DNA of 61,812 nucleotides from a virus (Duplodnaviria; Caudoviricetes): IMG/VR virus record IMGVR_UViG_3300035183_000056, positions 1 to 61,812 of that record; one strand, 5' to 3'. Shown piece by piece: positions 58,390 to 61,812 of this stretch (position 1 is its first letter; each line of letters starts with the position of its first letter). The notes under the pieces were generated by a model. It saw only the letters and a program-made list of their open reading frames with translations, ran no database searches and was not told where the DNA came from. The position numbers and the translations under genes were made by a program.

Positions 58390-59211
58390 TCACTTACCTT
58401 TACCAGATGCCCAATTTATAACGATCGGAGATACATCATCTCCGGAGGATGCACTGCCTCCACCAACAGCGGCAGACTTACCTTTTCTACGGGCCGTCTT
58501 GTGGTCAAGCTGCCTAGGGCCTGTGTCCCCAGGTCTTAAGATGTGACCTTGCATCATCCTAGCCACGATGCTAACAAGGCTGTCTTTCCGACTTACGAGG
58601 GTTTCCGAATCTACAAGATTCTCTTTAACTGCTAGATCCAGTGTGGCTATTTCACCACTAAATACTGACGAGGGTTTTTTGATGTCCTTGTTGGGGTCTA
58701 CTAACCGTCCTTCTTTCACTAGATTTCGCTTTATTTCCTTGAACTCAACAGCGGTGAACACAGACTTAGCCCACCCAGTGTAGGGGGCTATAACGGACAC
58801 TACCACACCTGTGGTGAACCCCATTAGCCGTACTGATTCCTTGCTAGCGTCTAGGACACGTCCTGATACGAAGTGGCTAAGATAACTGCCGTCACCGAAC
58901 ATACGGTAATAGACTTTTTGATAGAACTTGAATCCGTGACGCCTAGTATTTTTCTCATTAAGAAGGAGAGCACCTAGGATTTGGAGCTCCTCTAATGTCA
59001 AAGACTGCATGGCTTGCGCCATGAGTTCGAGGGGTTTTACATCGGCTTTGGTGGTACCAGGTGGTGTAAATCCAAAGACATGAGAAGTATGGTGTTGACA
59101 AGGTTTTGATGTCCTTATCTTACCTAATTCTGCACAAGGTTTATCGAACACTCTGTCCCTTTCCAGAAAGGTGCAAGAACCACAGTTTAGAAGACGATTC
59201 GGCTTTGCCAT
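58390..59211 (-). CDS. hypothetical protein with a Cys-rich N-terminus
   Basis: CGSC...C...C; GGAG RBS. Confidence 0.7.
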   Translation of the reverse strand: MAKPNRLLNCGSCTFLERDRVFDKPCAELGKIRTSKPCQHHTSHVFGFTPPGTTKADVKPLELMAQAMQSLTLEELQILGALLLNEKNTRRHGFKFYQKVYYRMFGDGSYLSHFVSGRVLDASKESVRLMGFTTGVVVSVIAPYTGWAKSVFTAVEFKEIKRNLVKEGRLVDPNKDIKKPSSVFSGEIATLDLAVKENLVDSETLVSRKDSLVSIVARMMQGHILRPGDTGPRQLDHKTARRKGKSAAVGGGSASSGDDVSPIVINWASGKGK

Positions 59212-59650
59212 TTTTATTTACTCCCAGAATGTTGGATGTTGTATGTTCTATGCAGAAGGCTAACGTTTTCTCCATAGAGGAGAACCCCATGTCTAGTTGA
59301 AGGAGCTTCAACCGTTCAAAAACGCTAGTCTTGACCAAAGTTGATAAGAGGTGGTCCCTTTCCAACAAAGGTCTTTCAAGTAAGGCTCTGACCAAAATTT
59401 CCAAGTATGGTATCGCCCTACTCTCATCCTGAGGAGCAAAATACGTCTTCCTGATTTTCCTTGTATTGCTCTTTATCGAAGCCACGATCGCCAACGCATA
59501 AGCATGTAAGGCATTATGACAATCGGGGCACAAAGGTATCTGTAAGCTGTCTTCACCTCCCCTAGACCGAGGGACAGTATGGTGGCTGTGAATTACAGCC
59601 ACCACCGAATTTAAGCAAATGGTGCATGGCCCGTTCTTAGCAGGCTTCAT
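59141..59650 (-). CDS. HNH endonuclease
   Basis: CTIC...HHTVPRSRGG....LCPDCHN..H. Confidence 0.85.
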   Translation of the reverse strand: MKPAKNGPCTICLNSVVAVIHSHHTVPRSRGGEDSLQIPLCPDCHNALHAYALAIVASIKSNTRKIRKTYFAPQDESRAIPYLEILVRALLERPLLERDHLLSTLVKTSVFERLKLLQLDMGFSSMEKTLAFCIEHTTSNILGVNKNGKAESSSKLWFLHLSGKGQSVR

Positions 59651-59665
59651 ACCTCAGGCCCTCCA

Positions 59666-60580
59666 TCAAAGGTTGGCCCAAGGGTATCCCCACTTCTCCA
59701 CCTTAAAAGAACCGGACTGTCGGATTATAGTATTGAGCTTTCGACTAGGCATAACCCAGAACATCAAGATGTTTGAATTCCTGGGACTAGGGAGGAAGAA
59801 TTCGGAAACCAAGGTAAAGTCATCGTTGGACCGTTCGTTAATGATTTCCAAGATAGATTGGACCAGAACCTCTGGCTTTATTTTGTGATCGTCAGCCAAT
59901 TTACGAGAAACGGCCAAGAGTGTTTGGTGTTCCAGGACGGGGAACCCCAGGATGTTTAAGGTTTTTATACCCGCTGAATCAAAATTTATTCGGAATAGTG
60001 AAGCTGGGTCAATCATTGGGACTATAGGAACAGTCACGAAGTCGTATTCGCCTACAAGTCTATCCGGTAGACGCTTCGCAAACTTCCTAAGGTAATCCAC
60101 CTTGTCTTTTAGTTCATCGTCAGATTGACGACCTGCTTTAGAATCCTTTAATTGTTGCCGCATCTGTTCAGGCGTCATCATATCCTTGATAACCTGAAAA
60201 ACCTTAAGCAGGTCTTCGCTCATAGCCGGGGCGTTGCTCTCCGTCTGGTCTTCTTTTAGCTCAGTGGCCGTCGCTTTCTCTAGCTGAGGTAGGAACTTTT
60301 GCTCAACGTTTTTAATGGTACGCCTAAAGTCTGCTATACTTAGGTCTTTGCTCTCCAAGCCTTGGTTCATACCAGAGTACACATTGAAAAGGGCGAGCAA
60401 TGCTTTTCGCGTATTAGGAATACGTTTGTTTTGAGGCAACCTTTTGAGGGTATCGCCGATAACCCCTGCAACAGACCCAACGGTAGACTTCACCTTTACC
60501 AGGGACTTTTCTTCCCGTAAGGTGTCGATAGAATTTTGGATGCGGTCCTGCGTAGAAGTCAGGATGTCAATTAGGTTCAT
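59666..60580 (-). CDS. hypothetical protein
   Basis: 304 aa; GAGG RBS. Confidence 0.75.
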   Translation of the reverse strand: MNLIDILTSTQDRIQNSIDTLREEKSLVKVKSTVGSVAGVIGDTLKRLPQNKRIPNTRKALLALFNVYSGMNQGLESKDLSIADFRRTIKNVEQKFLPQLEKATATELKEDQTESNAPAMSEDLLKVFQVIKDMMTPEQMRQQLKDSKAGRQSDDELKDKVDYLRKFAKRLPDRLVGEYDFVTVPIVPMIDPASLFRINFDSAGIKTLNILGFPVLEHQTLLAVSRKLADDHKIKPEVLVQSILEIINERSNDDFTLVSEFFLPSPRNSNILMFWVMPSRKLNTIIRQSGSFKVEKWGYPWANL

Positions 60581-60645
60581 AACAAGCCTCTGATATGTGG
60601 TGCGGCCTAAGCCACACAGTGGTACATAAAATGTACAGAAAAATT

Positions 60646-60680
60646 ACGAACCAGGCTGCGTAATCCGCGTTCTGGTTCGT
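60646..60680 (-). terminator. hairpin, probable terminator
   Basis: ACGAACCAG/CTGGTTCGT stem followed by AATTTTT on the minus strand. Confidence 0.55.
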
Positions 60681-60685
60681 CAGAC

Positions 60686-61135
60686 CTAAAGCTTCCCTAC
60701 CCCTTGGTGGTCAATGCTGGATACCCAAGCACCGTTTGTTCTTGAGTATATCAGCCATCCGGACCAGTCATTAGTTGAGTCCAAGACTTCTCGGTTGGTT
60801 AACATAGAGGATGTCAAGGTCACGACCAGAAGACGATCTTTATGGACGAGAATGTTTTGATGCAACTCTGGGGACGTGACAGCCTCATATAAGGCTATCT
60901 TGAAGGCCGCCAATTGTCTAGCATAGGCACGCACTGAGCCTAATGGGTAGAAACCCCAAAATACGAAGCCATGACTCCCTAGCTTGATGTTGAGTCCAGG
61001 CTTGGTTCGATGGACGTGACGACCACCAACCCAAGTTGGTCTAGAAATGCAAAACCCCTTAGTTGCGGATTTAACGTAGGCTATATCTGGTACAAGAAGC
61101 TTGTCGTCCAAGAAGGCTTGGACTCGTTGGCTTAG
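60686..61135 (-). CDS. 3' part of a hypothetical gene lacking a clean start
   Basis: Open frame whose only listed ATG lies inside the GyrB coding sequence. Confidence 0.45.
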   Translation of the reverse strand, partial: LSQRVQAFLDDKLLVPDIAYVKSATKGFCISRPTWVGGRHVHRTKPGLNIKLGSHGFVFWGFYPLGSVRAYARQLAAFKIALYEAVTSPELHQNILVHKDRLLVVTLTSSMLTNREVLDSTNDWSGWLIYSRTNGAWVSSIDHQGVGKL

Positions 61136-61481
61136 CGTAAGCCTTATTAGAAAACTTTGCTCCCGCATGGAGCTTGGTCATAACCAGTTCTAAGGTTGAT
61201 ACTTTTTGCTTTTTGTGAAGACCAACCGGGATACCGACGCCGCGGTCAGCTACTATATAGCTATTAACTTTAGTGTCCGCTACGACCTCGATGTAGTCAT
61301 TCCTGCCTGCTAAATGTTCGTCGTTGCAGTTCCCTACTGCTTCGGCCAGCATTTGCCAAACCATGTGCTGTCCTTTTTCACCCATATACATACCAGGCCT
61401 ACGTCGGACACCATCGAGGCCCTCCAATACCTCAACATCATCCTCGCTGTATCCGTTCTTGTTACTCTTAGCCTTAACCAT
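61071..61481 (-). pseudogene. gyrB: DNA gyrase B / topoisomerase II ATPase N-terminal fragment
   Basis: LEGLDGVRRRPGMYMG, E...N..DE, D.G.GIP and KLHAGAKF motifs; homology ends before the G2 GLHGVG loop. Confidence 0.85.
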
Positions 61482-61519
61482 TGAAGTCCCCTAGTTGAAC
61501 TTTGAGCCGCTTACACAAG

Positions 61520-61548
61520 GTGCCGCCTAGGGTTATCTTAGGCGGCAC
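61520..61548. terminator. hairpin
   Basis: GTGCCGCCTA/TAGGCGGCAC 10-bp stem. Confidence 0.6.
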
Positions 61549-61602
61549 ATTTTCGTAAGAATCGTCTTCGACGAACCTTAATTGGTAATCAGGGGCGAAG
61601 AA

Positions 61603-61812
61603 TTACTTCTTCTTTTTCTTCCCCTTAGCAGCGGGCTTTTCTTCCTTCTTGTTGCCCTTGCCGTTCTTGGCTTTCGCATCATCCTTTTTGCCCTTCTTGG
61701 CCGCCGGTTTGGCGTCGCCGTCGCCGTCCTCGTCGTCTTCGGGAGCATCATCCTTCTTGCTGGCCTTGCCACCTTTGCCGCCCTTGCCGTTCTTGGCTTT
61801 CGCATCATCCTT
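61603..61812 (-). CDS. C-terminal Lys/Asp-rich tail of a gene running off the window
   Basis: Frame KDDAKAKNGKG...KKKK* with a 33-nt direct repeat and biased codons. Confidence 0.7.
   Translation of the reverse strand, partial: KDDAKAKNGKGGKGGKASKKDDAPEDDEDGDGDAKPAAKKGKKDDAKAKNGKGNKKEEKPAAKGKKKKK

Noticed and set aside
60686-60720. HQGVG at the end of the ORF as the resumed GyrB GLHGVG loop (intron or ribosomal hop)
   Set aside because: A stop and a hairpin follow at once with no further GyrB sequence; probably chance
61578-61808. Arg-rich 76-aa ORF from the track
   Set aside because: Wrong frame; the K/D/A-rich frame ending at 61603 has typical codons and runs off the window
1-61812. Assignment to a named phage group
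   Set aside because: The gene set recalls RSL1/Lu11/PaBG-type jumbo myoviruses from memory, but this needs capsid and terminase phylogeny, which I cannot run

Overview
This is a 62-kb piece of a large (jumbo-type) myovirus genome with almost all genes on the minus strand. Reading in the direction of transcription (right to left), it begins with a replication/regulation block: a truncated GyrB, an HNH nuclease, a sigma-like factor, a DnaB helicase, a SAM methyltransferase, a GT2 glycosyltransferase and an MmcB nuclease. Next come a terminase large subunit fractured by a naturally split intein with an endonuclease gene between the halves, and the portal. A 12-kb block follows in which nine otherwise unrelated genes, including an NAD-dependent DNA ligase and a topoisomerase IB, start with a shared leader M-K-h-x-[IV]-S-L-S. 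After it lie the prohead protease, an Acb1-like 2H phosphoesterase, scaffold, capsid, sheath, tube, tape measure, baseplate, collagen-like fibres and a holin/endolysin pair. The most interesting candidate system is the shared leader together with (A/S)-x-S motifs in the head proteins. It suggests a capsid-targeting and protease-maturation code that loads ligase, topoisomerase and other cargo into the virion. Other highlights are the split-intein terminase, a likely -1 frameshift before the tape measure gene, a recurrent TAATTT late-promoter-like motif, and in-frame TAGs and homopolymer frameshifts confined to accessory genes (decay or read errors). All family calls come from motif recognition by eye; no database searches were run.
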